Positions 1-9,018 of a stretch of 64,000 bases of DNA are shown piece after piece. Source of the DNA: a candidate division FCPU426 bacterium (GTDB lineage Bacteria > Oederibacteriota > JAAXVQ01 > JAUVAV01). The stretch's first letter is position 1. Every line of letters begins with the position of its first letter. The position numbers and the translations under genes were made by a program. The stretch spans positions 1-64,000 of the forward strand of contig DAOWGI010000109.1 in the NCBI GenBank assembly GCA_030637655.1, written 5' to 3'. Under the pieces are notes generated by a model. That model saw nothing but the letters and a program-made list of their open reading frames with translations, ran no database searches and was not told the DNA's origin.

Positions 1-48
1 CAAATTCCTCTTGAAATCTTCTTCAAAATGGCGATACTGTTTCTTCAT
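1..48 (-). mobile_element. 5' end of a probable IS3-family transposase OrfA (runs off the window start)
   Basis: Minus strand reads GAAAGGAG-TCGGACAG-ATG, then MKKQYRHFEEDFKRNL. This resembles the 'RRxxxxEFK' start of IS3 OrfA HTH proteins. An IS-end-like inverted repeat lies directly upstream. Only 16 codons are visible. Confidence 0.5.
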
Positions 49-91
49 CTGTCCGACTCCTTTCGGGGATTGGCCCCATTATATCGGACAG
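49..91. repeat. Inverted repeat resembling IS3-type terminal IRs (CTGTCCGA...TCGGACAG)
   Basis: CTGTCCGA (49-56) and TCGGACAG (84-91) flank an inner GGGGATTGGCCCC hairpin. Confidence 0.5.
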
Positions 92-108
92 GCACACTAA
101 TTTTTAGG

Positions 109-513
109 CTAAAGTTGTCCAGCTACAGGGGTGCACTCCAGATAATCTTCTTTGGTTTTCACCATAATATCCTTACCTTCATTTGATACAGTTTCTTGGT
201 AAAGTTCTAACCGGTTATAAATAGATTTTAGTGTTTTTAAAAATCTTCCAGTAGTTATATCAGCACCACCAATTGACGGGACACCCTTTTCTATAAACTC
301 ATCTGACAATTCATCCGTTGAAAATATTTGGCGTAAGAGCTCCTTTGTGAAATCATACCAATGCCGCGCATCATCATTTTCATTAACTGATTCATTTAGA
401 ACCGTTGCGGCTTTTTCTATCTGCTTTAACACACAGCTCTTTGCTTTATCTCTTGATATGACCAAACAAGGCCTTTCATGGTTTTCTTTTTGAATCGTTC
501 TCTTTTTAGTCAT
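109..513 (-). CDS. Hypothetical protein, possibly a truncated N-terminal domain of a TIR-like nucleotide-binding protein
   Basis: ORF 109..558. The ATG at 513 follows a GGAGG RBS. AT-rich. The family resemblance is weak and by eye only. Confidence 0.5.
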   Translation of the reverse strand: MTKKRTIQKENHERPCLVISRDKAKSCVLKQIEKAATVLNESVNENDDARHWYDFTKELLRQIFSTDELSDEFIEKGVPSIGGADITTGRFLKTLKSIYNRLELYQETVSNEGKDIMVKTKEDYLECTPVAGQL

Positions 514-538
514 TATCGCCTCCTGAAATCCGGTGCAT

Positions 539-952
539 TTAACGGTGCTTTTTTGCAAAATGATCTTTTGTCATTTTATCGATTGCTTCCAATTCTTCAT
601 TTGAATATTCAACCCCATTTTTTGGTGGGGGTGCGCCACAGTCTATCATTATTTGCATTAACTCCTCATCAGTACGTCCTCTAAAGCTTGTTATTGGCTT
701 TATTTCGGGCATTTCACGGATTTTCCCGTCCATTCTATCCATTATGATCTGTAAGGCTTTTAAATCGCCTTTTTTAGCCTTTGTGATCAATATTTGAGCC
801 AGCTCATTTTGACTTACTCTGCCTGTTTCAAAACTTTCACGCAGGACAGTATGCCAATGCCGGATACCTCGCCTGGCTCCATTTGGATTACCGCTTTGTC
901 CCTTTTTCCAAGGATGTCTTAATCCTTTGGTTTTAGATAATTTATCGGTCAT
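539..952 (-). CDS. DUF5681-family / phage terminase-small-subunit-like protein
   Basis: N-terminal PWKKGQSGNPNG motif, followed by 'AKKGDLKALQIIMDRMDGK', typical of this phage-associated family. Confidence 0.7.
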   Translation of the reverse strand: MTDKLSKTKGLRHPWKKGQSGNPNGARRGIRHWHTVLRESFETGRVSQNELAQILITKAKKGDLKALQIIMDRMDGKIREMPEIKPITSFRGRTDEELMQIMIDCGAPPPKNGVEYSNEELEAIDKMTKDHFAKKHR

Positions 953-1009
953 AACTTGCCTTTTGATAACATTTTTTATTGAATTATAAATATAAATATA
1001 AATATCTTA

Positions 1010-1076
1010 CAGGGACGTTGCTTTGTTGTCCATTTGTCAACTAAATATCAACTAGACAACTAAGCAACGTCCCCTG
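1010..1076. repeat. Imperfect inverted repeat (21/22-bp arms)
   Basis: CAGGGACGTTGCTTTGTTGTC (1010-1030) pairs with GACAACTAAGCAACGTCCCCTG (1055-1076). Confidence 0.75.
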
Positions 1077-1166
1077 CTAGACAGGAGATTTGGAATAAAA
1101 TTGCAGGAAAAATGACAAAAATTGAAAAAAGAAAGGCAAATTAAAATCAAAGAAAAAAGCAATGGA

Positions 1167-1237
1167 GGAGAGGCGAAAGGCGAGAGGGGACCGCAGGGGA
1201 TCGGCTGTGCTTTTCCCCTTTCACCTCTCGCCTCTCC
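1167..1237. repeat. Imperfect inverted repeat built from GAGAGGC-like heptamers
   Basis: GGAGAGGCGAAAGGCGAGAGGGGA (1167-1190) vs TCCCCTTTCACCTCTCGCCTCTCC (1214-1237). Confidence 0.65.
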
Positions 1238-1266
1238 CCTGCTCCGTTTTTCGCGGAGCGAAAAAC

Positions 1267-1287
1267 TGGCGTCCCAGCCAGGATTCG
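1267..1287 (-). repeat. 21-bp direct duplication of the tRNA-Arg 3' end (att-like)
   Basis: TGGCGTCCCAGCCAGGATTCG is identical at 1267-1287 and 1452-1472. Confidence 0.85.
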
Positions 1288-1404
1288 GCTACTACGCTCG
1301 CAGTGCTCACTGCGTAGCCTCCCCTCGCACGCTGACGCCCAGAGGGCTTTTCCTCGCTTTTCGCTCGGCGCGTGCTCGCCTTCGAATCCCGGCACTATTG
1401 AATA

Positions 1405-1454
1405 CCAATAAATAAAAGCGCCCTCGTTTTCACGAGGGCGCTTTTATTTATTGG
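1405..1454 (-). terminator. Perfect 23-bp-stem hairpin, probable (bidirectional) terminator after tRNA-Arg
   Basis: CCAATAAATAAAAGCGCCCTCGT-tttc-ACGAGGGCGCTTTTATTTATTGG. Confidence 0.8.
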
Positions 1455-1528
1455 CGTCCCAGCCAGGATTCGAACCCGGGGCCGACGGATTAGAAATCCG
1501 TTGCTCTATCCAACTGAGCTACTGGGAC
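1452..1528 (-). tRNA. tRNA-Arg(UCU)
   Basis: Reverse complement GTCCCAGTAGCTCAGTTGGATAGAGCAACGGATTTCTAATCCGTCGGCCCCGGGTTCGAATCCTGGCTGGGACGCCA. Anticodon TCT, CCA encoded. Confidence 0.96.
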
Positions 1529-1535
1529 GTATATC

Positions 1536-2083
1536 GTAGGGGCGATTCGCGAATCGCCCTACTTATCGTTTTAAAACACACGGGCAGACACTGGGGGCTG
1601 CCTCTACAAATTATATCTTAAAATTACGGGCGAATACAAGATTCGCCCCTACTTTTTTAACCGCGGGCGCACTCAGCGCGCCCCTAGGAATTATATTTCA
1701 AATACAACGGGCATACACTGGGGTCTGCCCCTACAAATTATATCTTAAAATTGCGGACGAATACAAGATTCGCCCCTACTTTTTTTTACCGTGGGCGCAC
1801 TCAGGGCGCCCGTACGAATTATATTTCAAATACAACGGGCGAATACAAGATTCGCCCCTACTTTTTTACTGTGGGCACACTCAGCGCGCCCCTACGAATT
1901 ATATCTCAAATACAACGGGCGAATACAAGATTCGCCCGTACTTTTTTAACGCGGGCGCACTCAGTGCGCCCCTACGAATACTGATCTAAAACACGGGCAG
2001 ACACGGGGGGCTGCCCCTACCTAAAAACCACTTTTCACTGCTTGATTAATATAAGCTGGTGGGCGAGGGCACCTCGCCCCTAC
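1536..2083. repeat. Array of 13 GTAG-type REP-like palindromes (BIME-like)
   Basis: Units start at 1536, 1581, 1627, 1664, 1708, 1754, 1792, 1836, 1872, 1916, 1952, 1994 and 2061. Nearly all have the form GGGC...GCCCCTAC. Confidence 0.9.
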
Positions 2084-2134
2084 GATTCGAAAATAGAAAA
2101 CTGAAAATTGACCATAAACCATATGGTTTATGGC

Positions 2135-2210
2135 TGGTCGGGGTAGAAGGATTTGAACCTTCGACCCCCTGCTCCCAAAGCAGGTACGCTAGCCACTGCG
2201 CTATACCCCG
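2135..2210 (-). tRNA. tRNA-Pro(UGG)
   Basis: Reverse complement CGGGGTATAGCGCAGTGGCTAGCGTACCTGCTTTGGGAGCAGGGGGTCGAAGGTTCAAATCCTTCTACCCCGACCA. Anticodon TGG. Confidence 0.96.
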
Positions 2211-2253
2211 ATTAAATGTGGAACTAAGTTTTTATCCTGTTCTGCCGACTTTT

Positions 2254-2895
2254 TCAAGTAAATTCTGCATTTTTCGGATTTTTTTTTATTATATATTGTC
2301 TGATTACCTTCGCTATCTTCTGTACTGCCAAGGATCGATGGCTTATTTTGTTCTTCTCTGATGCTTTCATTTCCGCAAAGGTTTTTTTCCAGCCACACGG
2401 TTGAAAAACAGGATCATAGCCAAAACCATTTGACCCTTTGGCAGTTTCGGTAATCATGCCCCAAATCTTGCCCACCCGGGTTATGGTTTTTCTGCCTGGA
2501 ACTGCAAAGGCCATGACTGTAGCAAAATAGGCTCTTCTGTCCTTAGCCTGGTAAGCCTTTAAGTTTTGCAATAATTTCCGATTGTTGGCAGGATAATCAC
2601 AGGCCGGACCGGCATAGCGCGCGGAACGGACTCCTGGTTGTCCTGACAGTTTTGGGACAAACAATCCGGAATCATCGGACAAGGCCGGATGGCCGAAGGT
2701 TTTCATTACTGTTTCGGCTTTTTTGGCGGCATTGGCTGCCAGGGTTTTCCCATTCTCAACAATGTCCGGTATCAAAGGGAAATCAGACAATGACTTCACT
2801 ACAATGCCGGAACCGCTTAATATTTTTTTAATCTCCTGCAGCTTATGCTTGTTTTTCGTGGCTGCAATGACAGTATTTCTTTTACTGTGAGCCAT
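2254..2895 (-). CDS. rdgB: dITP/XTP pyrophosphatase (HAM1 family)
   Basis: ATKNKHKLQE, DDSGL, PGVRSARY, GFGYDPVF and KNKISHR motifs. Adjacent to rph. Confidence 0.95.
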   Translation of the reverse strand: MAHSKRNTVIAATKNKHKLQEIKKILSGSGIVVKSLSDFPLIPDIVENGKTLAANAAKKAETVMKTFGHPALSDDSGLFVPKLSGQPGVRSARYAGPACDYPANNRKLLQNLKAYQAKDRRAYFATVMAFAVPGRKTITRVGKIWGMITETAKGSNGFGYDPVFQPCGWKKTFAEMKASEKNKISHRSLAVQKIAKVIRQYIIKKNPKNAEFT

Positions 2896-3623
2896 TAGTT
2901 TTTCCGCTGACCTTCCTCGCTAATTTGCTTTTGCTTTTCCACCAATTTAGCAATACCTTGGCCTGCCATATCCAGCATGGCATTGAGTTGTTCCCGTGAA
3001 AAAGCTTCTTTTTCCGCTGTGCCTTGCACCTCAATCATTTTGCCGGAACCGGTCATAATGACATTCATGTCCACTTCAGCCTGGCTATCTTCCTCATAAT
3101 CCAAATCCAATAATACTTTATTTTCCACAATCCCAACCGAGACCGCGGCCACCTGATCCAAGAGCGGCCAGTCGGTAATTTTCTCCTTTTTTTGCAAATA
3201 TCGGCAGGCATCCACCAGCGCCAAAAAAGAACCGGTTATAGCCGCGGTCCGGGTGCCGCCGTCTGCTTGCAATACATCGCAATCAAGAATAATAGTTCTT
3301 TCTCCCAATTTTTGCATATCCACTACAACCCTGAGTGAGCGCCCGATTAAGCGTTGTATCTCCTGGGTCCGACCGCTCTTACTGCGCCCGGCTTCCCGCT
3401 GTATGCGCGAGGGCGAGGAACGAGGTAACATGCCGTACTCTGCCGTGACCCATCCCTGTCCTTTCCCCCGTAAAAACGGGGGTACCTCCTCTTTTACTGT
3501 AGCAGTGCAAATGACCTTGGTATCTCCGTTCTCAATCAAGACCGCTCCTTCCACACCTTTTAAATAATTTCGTGTGATGTTCAAAGGGCGCAGAGCATCC
3601 TCTGCTCGTTCGTTGTTTCTCAT
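2895..3623 (-). CDS. rph: Ribonuclease PH
   Basis: [24 protein letters not shown] and [14 protein letters not shown] motifs. Confidence 0.97.
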   Translation of the reverse strand: MRNNERAEDALRPLNITRNYLKGVEGAVLIENGDTKVICTATVKEEVPPFLRGKGQGWVTAEYGMLPRSSPSRIQREAGRSKSGRTQEIQRLIGRSLRVVVDMQKLGERTIILDCDVLQADGGTRTAAITGSFLALVDACRYLQKKEKITDWPLLDQVAAVSVGIVENKVLLDLDYEEDSQAEVDMNVIMTGSGKMIEVQGTAEKEAFSREQLNAMLDMAGQGIAKLVEKQKQISEEGQRKN

Positions 3624-4384
3624 TCTTCTTCCTCCTTATCCAACATTTCCAGACAACCCAAAACGCCGTTGTATTCCGGAGCTTCAGGAATCACGACAGC
3701 ATAGTGTGCTTGCTGTAAATAATGCAGCATGGCTTTATTTTTGGCTCCCCCGCCGACAAAAACCAGTTCCTTTTGGGGCCACCGTTCCAACATGGGACGG
3801 ATCTTTAAAAAAGTGGAATAATTGACGCCGGCACACAATTGCGGCATGGTTACACCTTCCGCCAGTTTTCCAATAATTTCCGATTCAGCATACACAGCAC
3901 AGGTGGTGGTAAGATCCGCCGGATCTGCATAATAAGAAAATAGCTCTTCCAATGGAACTCCCAACACCTGCGCCATATTCTCCAAATAGCGTCCACTGCC
4001 GGCCGCGCATTTGTCATTTACCGAAAAATCCTCAACCTGACCATCTCTGACCAAGGCGACTTTGGTATCTTGACCGCCCATGTCCAGCATAAGAAATTCT
4101 CCCTGTAAAACACGCATCGCGCCTGCCGCGTGAGCTAAAATTTCACTGACCACCAAAGCCTGGCTGAGTTTGACATTGTTGCGGCCATATCCGGTCGCTG
4201 CCACAATATCTACCTGAGGCAGACCCAGACTATGAAAATCCAATTCATTAGTTCCGTCCGGTTTGCGGTGTAAATGCTGATGATACAAATCCGTGGTCGG
4301 CATATCCCATAATTTCATCCGGTTGTTATCTGACTGCAGCGCAAATTTTACTTTGCGCGATCCTATATCAATTCCTAAACGCAT
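3620..4384 (-). CDS. Acyl-CoA dehydratase activase (HgdC/BadF-BadG-BcrA-BcrD ASKHA ATPase)
   Basis: [33 protein letters not shown] and CAVYAESE motifs. Confidence 0.92.
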   Translation of the reverse strand: MRLGIDIGSRKVKFALQSDNNRMKLWDMPTTDLYHQHLHRKPDGTNELDFHSLGLPQVDIVAATGYGRNNVKLSQALVVSEILAHAAGAMRVLQGEFLMLDMGGQDTKVALVRDGQVEDFSVNDKCAAGSGRYLENMAQVLGVPLEELFSYYADPADLTTTCAVYAESEIIGKLAEGVTMPQLCAGVNYSTFLKIRPMLERWPQKELVFVGGGAKNKAMLHYLQQAHYAVVIPEAPEYNGVLGCLEMLDKEEEE

Positions 4385-5393
4385 CTTCTTTTCTCCGTTT
4401 TTTACTTTTTAACATCTGTACGAACGTATCCAAGCGTGTTTTAGTTCTGCCATCCAATTTACCCACACGGTCTCCCTCCAAAGTCAGAATGGGCAGGGAC
4501 AACTGCTCACGGAATCCTAAATCTTCCAACTGATGATGGCAAAAGGACTGCACATAGTGAATAAAACCGTCTAAATGCCGCAATCCGGCTTCTTCTTGAA
4601 TATCTTTCACGCGCCCATAAAAACTATACGGATAAGTATAACTCAGATTCTGTTCCAATAAATCCTTAGCATACTCTGGCATGGCAAATTGTCTGGCCAC
4701 TTCGTGGTAGACCACGCGTGCTCCTTGAGACTCCAAATATGGATACAAATCTGTAAATACCGTAGGCACTCCCAAAAGACCAAACCGCAAATGGCTTCTC
4801 GGATAAGGCTCTCTCTTTTTATCCAATATTCTTTTCAATTGTATTTTAAACGCTTCCGGATTGCCCATAAAATCAGTACTGTTAATCAGAGCATAAAAAT
4901 TATCCTGACTGGATACAGTATTATCTTCCCAGGTCATGCGATCAATAGTATGAATTATTTTTCGTACTTCATCCAAACGGGCTTTACTGGCCAAGCAATC
5001 ATCCCATTGTACGCCAAAATAATCCATGATCTTCTGCATTTCCCAACGCAACAATTTCCGGCTCTTTTCATATGGAAATGAAAATGGTATGAATTCCACA
5101 CCAGCAGGCAATAAGGATTCCAACATGCTGACAATATGCGTGCAATCACCCTGTACTACCCCAATCACAGTATGAATGTCCGTGTGCTTCAATACACTGT
5201 ACATGCCCTTGACCCAAGTACAGGTGTTGCGCGGCAATCCCAGGCGCTCCGCTTCATCCACTATAACCTGCGGATGTTTGTCAGTAATAAAAATATTATT
5301 CAGATCAACCGGAACGCACTGCGAAGCATAGATAATCTCCACAGGAATAGTGGAAGTAATACCAATGCGTTCTTTAGCTGTTTTTTCACTCAT
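4368..5393 (-). CDS. 2-hydroxyacyl-CoA dehydratase family subunit (HGD-D)
   Basis: RNTCTWVKG, QGDC, HYVQSFCH, PILTLEGD and TRLDTF motifs. Overlaps the activase gene. Confidence 0.85.
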   Translation of the reverse strand: MSEKTAKERIGITSTIPVEIIYASQCVPVDLNNIFITDKHPQVIVDEAERLGLPRNTCTWVKGMYSVLKHTDIHTVIGVVQGDCTHIVSMLESLLPAGVEFIPFSFPYEKSRKLLRWEMQKIMDYFGVQWDDCLASKARLDEVRKIIHTIDRMTWEDNTVSSQDNFYALINSTDFMGNPEAFKIQLKRILDKKREPYPRSHLRFGLLGVPTVFTDLYPYLESQGARVVYHEVARQFAMPEYAKDLLEQNLSYTYPYSFYGRVKDIQEEAGLRHLDGFIHYVQSFCHHQLEDLGFREQLSLPILTLEGDRVGKLDGRTKTRLDTFVQMLKSKKRRKEDAFRN

Positions 5394-5414
5394 GCTGCCG
5401 CTACCTTAATATGA

Positions 5415-6179
5415 TCATTTAATATACAAATACTTATGCATTTGCGGAATCAAACGCAACTGTGAATGTATTTTAGCTATGCTGCCAATATTATTCTCGA
5501 GCACACTTTTGTTTTTTGCAGAACTCCAGTTCGGACCACTCCTGGGTTGCAGAATAAAGTCCCAGGAGGGTTGGTGACGTTTGGCCAGCAAAGCTGCTGC
5601 CGCGATCTCCGGTAACGGGGTCTGAGGTCCAAAAACAACTTTCACACAACCTTTTTTAATTTTTTCGGTTGCGCGGAAAAAAGCAGCATGCTTTTTCATA
5701 CTGCCGGCTATTTTGGCAACTGAAGGCAACTTAATATCCATAGCCAGAAAGTCAAATTTACCTTTGAGTTTTTTTATAACTTTGTGTTCTAATCCGTTTG
5801 TTTCCAACATTATTTCTAAATTATCAATATTTCTTTTTAATCCGTTTAACAGCCCAAGCATAAATTCCGGCTGCTCCAAAGGTTCTCCACCTGTAATAGC
5901 CACAGAATAAACAGCGTGCTTTCTCATAATCTGCTTAACTCTTGGCAGCAAGAATGGCAGCAGCACAGGATTTTCATACGAAATTGGCGGCCATTTATTA
6001 GAGTCATACATGACCCAATTTTTTACCTTTTTTTTCCAGGTGTTTTTCGTATCGCAATACGGACATTGCTGAGAACAACCAGCCAGTCTTATAAACAATT
6101 GCCGTTTTCCTACCCAAGAACCTTCTCCCTGGATGCTAATAAAAACTTCGCTTAAAAATCCGAGGCTTTTGTCATTCAT
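5415..6179 (-). CDS. queE: 7-carboxy-7-deazaguanine synthase (radical SAM)
   Basis: EVFISIQGEG, CxxxCxxC (CSQQCPYCDT), ITGGEPL, LETNG and RLIPQMHK motifs. Confidence 0.92.
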   Translation of the reverse strand: MNDKSLGFLSEVFISIQGEGSWVGKRQLFIRLAGCSQQCPYCDTKNTWKKKVKNWVMYDSNKWPPISYENPVLLPFLLPRVKQIMRKHAVYSVAITGGEPLEQPEFMLGLLNGLKRNIDNLEIMLETNGLEHKVIKKLKGKFDFLAMDIKLPSVAKIAGSMKKHAAFFRATEKIKKGCVKVVFGPQTPLPEIAAAALLAKRHQPSWDFILQPRSGPNWSSAKNKSVLENNIGSIAKIHSQLRLIPQMHKYLYIK

Positions 6180-6540
6180 AATACCGGATTGAGGCTTTAC
6201 TGGATTCCCAGACAGTGACTGCTATCATTTGTATAGGCAAGGTGACTATTGCTGTTTTGCATTCCTGATAAATGATACGTGCTAAATTTTCCGAAGTTGG
6301 ATTGGTTTTGGCAAACTCCGGCAAATCATTGAGCATTCTATGGTCGTATTTTTCCAATATGCCCTGCAATATTTTTTTCAAATCATTAAAATCAATGGCC
6401 AAACCGCTATCATCCAGTTCAGGCCGTGATACTTCCAGGCGGATTTTCCAATTATGACCATGCACATTCTCACATTTGCCCTGATACCCACGCAATTTAT
6501 GTCCTGAGGATATCTCTTGTTCTATGATAATATCATACAT
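6172..6540 (-). CDS. queD: 6-carboxytetrahydropterin synthase
   Basis: GHKL..Y.GKCENVHGHNW, DHRMLN and NPTSENLA motifs. Confidence 0.94.
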   Translation of the reverse strand: MYDIIIEQEISSGHKLRGYQGKCENVHGHNWKIRLEVSRPELDDSGLAIDFNDLKKILQGILEKYDHRMLNDLPEFAKTNPTSENLARIIYQECKTAIVTLPIQMIAVTVWESSKASIRYYE

Positions 6541-6545
6541 CCTGC

Positions 6546-7370
6546 TTAATCCTCCAAGGTTACACGATGCACATGGTTAAGTTTTCTGCCCAGTATAATC
6601 GCACCCACACGCTTAAATTGTTCCGGCACATCGGTAACCAAATATTTTTGAGTCCCACGTTTTTCACTCGGCGTTGCCAAATCTTTTTTCCATAGGGTGT
6701 TTTCCAGCTCTTTGGCTACCTCTTCCGCAGAATCAATTATTTTTACACGGCTGCCGCACACTTGGGTCAAAACCGGTTTCAAAACCGGATAATGGGTACA
6801 ACCCAGAATCAAACTGCGAATGTTTTTTTCTAAAAAAGGCGCCAAATATTTTTTAATTACACCTATGGGAATCGAACCCTCTAACCAACCCTCTTCGACC
6901 AAGGGCACAAACAAAGGACAAGGATAGGCCAAAACTTGGCACGCTTTCTTCATCTTGGCAATGGTCTTTTGATAGGCATGCGAATTAATGGTTGCCCGGG
7001 TTCCAATAACTCCAATACAACCGTATTTGCTCTGGGCCACCGCAGCCCGGGAACCGGGTTGAATAACACCTAAAATAGGAATCTTGAAATTCCGGCGCAA
7101 CCGGGGCAAGGTATAGGCAGAAGCAGTATTACAAGCCACCACCAAGGCTTTGATCCGGTAGCGCATCAGATGCGTGACGCATTCCCGGGTAAAACGGATC
7201 ACTGTTTCACCGGCTTTATTCCCGTACGGCGTACGCGCCGTATCTCCCAAATACACCAAATTTTCATTCGGTAATTTACGTTGAATGGCATTCACAACCG
7301 TCAAGCCACCCACTCCGGAATCAAAAATACCTATCGGAGATGCCTTGCTTGGTTTTCTTCTTATCGCCAC
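6546..7370 (-). CDS. murI: Glutamate racemase
   Basis: FDSGVGGLTV, VACNTAS and LGCTHYP motifs. Confidence 0.97.
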   Translation of the reverse strand: MAIRRKPSKASPIGIFDSGVGGLTVVNAIQRKLPNENLVYLGDTARTPYGNKAGETVIRFTRECVTHLMRYRIKALVVACNTASAYTLPRLRRNFKIPILGVIQPGSRAAVAQSKYGCIGVIGTRATINSHAYQKTIAKMKKACQVLAYPCPLFVPLVEEGWLEGSIPIGVIKKYLAPFLEKNIRSLILGCTHYPVLKPVLTQVCGSRVKIIDSAEEVAKELENTLWKKDLATPSEKRGTQKYLVTDVPEQFKRVGAIILGRKLNHVHRVTLED

Positions 7371-8932
7371 TTTTTATCACTCCGCAATTTGTATTCTACT
7401 GAATCATTGAGCGCTTCCCAGGAGGCCTCAATCACATCGTTAGAAACCCCTACAGTTCCCCATACCATGGATTCGTCCCGGCTTTCAATAAAGACCCGGA
7501 CTTTGGCAGCGGTTCCGGTTTTGGACTCCAAAACACGCACTTTAAAATCAACCAGATGAATTTTTTTTAGTTTTGGGTAATACGGTTCCAGTGCCTTACG
7601 CAGCGCGTTATCCATGGCATTTATAGGACCGTCCCCTTCGGCCGCGGTATGGACTAAAACTCCTTTGATCCGCAATTTGATGGTCGCTTCCGAAACCAGT
7701 TTCCCTTCCCGATTTTCAACAATCACGCGGAAGCCTTCCAAATCATAAAAGGAGCGATGCTGTTTAAAATTACGGTCCACCAAAAGTCGAAAACTGGCAT
7801 CCGCGCCCTCGAATTTGTAGCCCAGATGTTCAAGCTTCTTCACTTTCTCAATAATGCTCTTGGCTTCATCAGAACCCGGCTTCATCTTAAAACCCATCTG
7901 TTCCGCCTTGAAAAGCACAGAAGCCATACCAGCTTGCTCTGACATAATAATCCGGCGTTCATTGCCAACCAATTCGGGTTTCACATGTTCATACGAGAGT
8001 GGGGTTTTACGAACCGCGTCTACATGCAACCCGCCTTTGTGCGCGAAAGCATTCATCCCAACATAGGAATTATACTCACGCGGAGGAACATTGGCGATTT
8101 CAGAAACCGTCCGTGACACGTGGGTCAACTTGGCTAATTTCTTTGGCGTTAAACAACTTTTCCCAAGTTTCAACTGTAGATTTGGAATTACAGAACATAA
8201 ATTAGCGTTTCCACAACGTTCGCCATATCCATTGATCGTGCCTTGCACCATGGTTGCCCCAGCCTGCACAGCAGCTATGGAATTGGCCACTGCCAGCTCG
8301 GTATCATTGTGCGCATGGATTCCCACCGGCACGTTGAAGTTTTTTTTCACTTCCAAGGTAATGGCATTAATCTTATCCGACATGGTTCCACCATTAGTAT
8401 CACACAAAACCAGCCAGTCAGCTCCGCCATCGGTTGCCGCTTGCAGTACTTGGCGGGTGTACTCCGGATTTTTCAGATAGGCGTCATAAAAATGTTCAGC
8501 ATCAAAAAACACGTCCCGTTTTTTGGATTTCAAATAGTGAATACTGTCTTTGATCATACGCAGATTTTCTTCCAAAGAAATCCGCAAGACCTCACGTACA
8601 TGCAAATCCCAGGTTTTTCCCACCACGGCAATTATAGGAGCACCGGTATCCAACAACGCTTGGATGGCCGGATCTTCCTCAACTTTGTATTTGGCACGCC
8701 GGGTACTGCCAAACGCGACCAAGCGGGCATTTTTTAAGGGCGTTTTTTTTAGCCGGCGGTAAAACTCTAAATCCTTGGTATTGGACGGCGCCGGGTATCC
8801 ACCCTCAATGTACGGCACACCCATTTCATCCAATAAATGCGCGATCGCTAATTTGTCTTCCAACGAAAACTCAATTTCTTCCGCCTGTGACCCGTCCCGC
8901 AAGGTCGTATCATAAATATATACTTTTGACAT
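7361..8932 (-). CDS. cimA: Citramalate synthase (LeuA/CimA family)
   Basis: YDTTLRDGSQAE, FFDAEHF, HAHND, GERCGNANL and AFAHKGGLH motifs, plus a C-terminal regulatory domain. Confidence 0.88.
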   Translation of the reverse strand: MSKVYIYDTTLRDGSQAEEIEFSLEDKLAIAHLLDEMGVPYIEGGYPAPSNTKDLEFYRRLKKTPLKNARLVAFGSTRRAKYKVEEDPAIQALLDTGAPIIAVVGKTWDLHVREVLRISLEENLRMIKDSIHYLKSKKRDVFFDAEHFYDAYLKNPEYTRQVLQAATDGGADWLVLCDTNGGTMSDKINAITLEVKKNFNVPVGIHAHNDTELAVANSIAAVQAGATMVQGTINGYGERCGNANLCSVIPNLQLKLGKSCLTPKKLAKLTHVSRTVSEIANVPPREYNSYVGMNAFAHKGGLHVDAVRKTPLSYEHVKPELVGNERRIIMSEQAGMASVLFKAEQMGFKMKPGSDEAKSIIEKVKKLEHLGYKFEGADASFRLLVDRNFKQHRSFYDLEGFRVIVENREGKLVSEATIKLRIKGVLVHTAAEGDGPINAMDNALRKALEPYYPKLKKIHLVDFKVRVLESKTGTAAKVRVFIESRDESMVWGTVGVSNDVIEASWEALNDSVEYKLRSDKKWR

Positions 8933-8982
8933 TTCTTCTTCCTCCCGCCCGTTTTATCAGTCTACAAGTCATCCGCGATACA

Positions 8983-9010
8983 GTAGGGGCGTATTGCAAT
9001 ACGCTCCTAC
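8983..9010. repeat. REP-like palindrome
   Basis: GTAGGGGCGTATTGCAATACGCTCCTAC. Near-identical copies at 42955 and 48004. Confidence 0.85.
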
Positions 9011-9018
9011 GCCATACT

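Noticed and set aside
1536-2083. Possible CRISPR array
   Set aside because: The repeats are of several alternating types, the linkers are short and themselves repeated rather than unique spacers, and there are no cas genes. It fits REP/BIME.
1122-2398. Short ORFs 1122..1415, 1147..1395, 1751..1984, 2059..2361 and 2201..2398
   Set aside because: They overlap hairpins, REP units, tRNA-Pro or rdgB and have no protein-like features.
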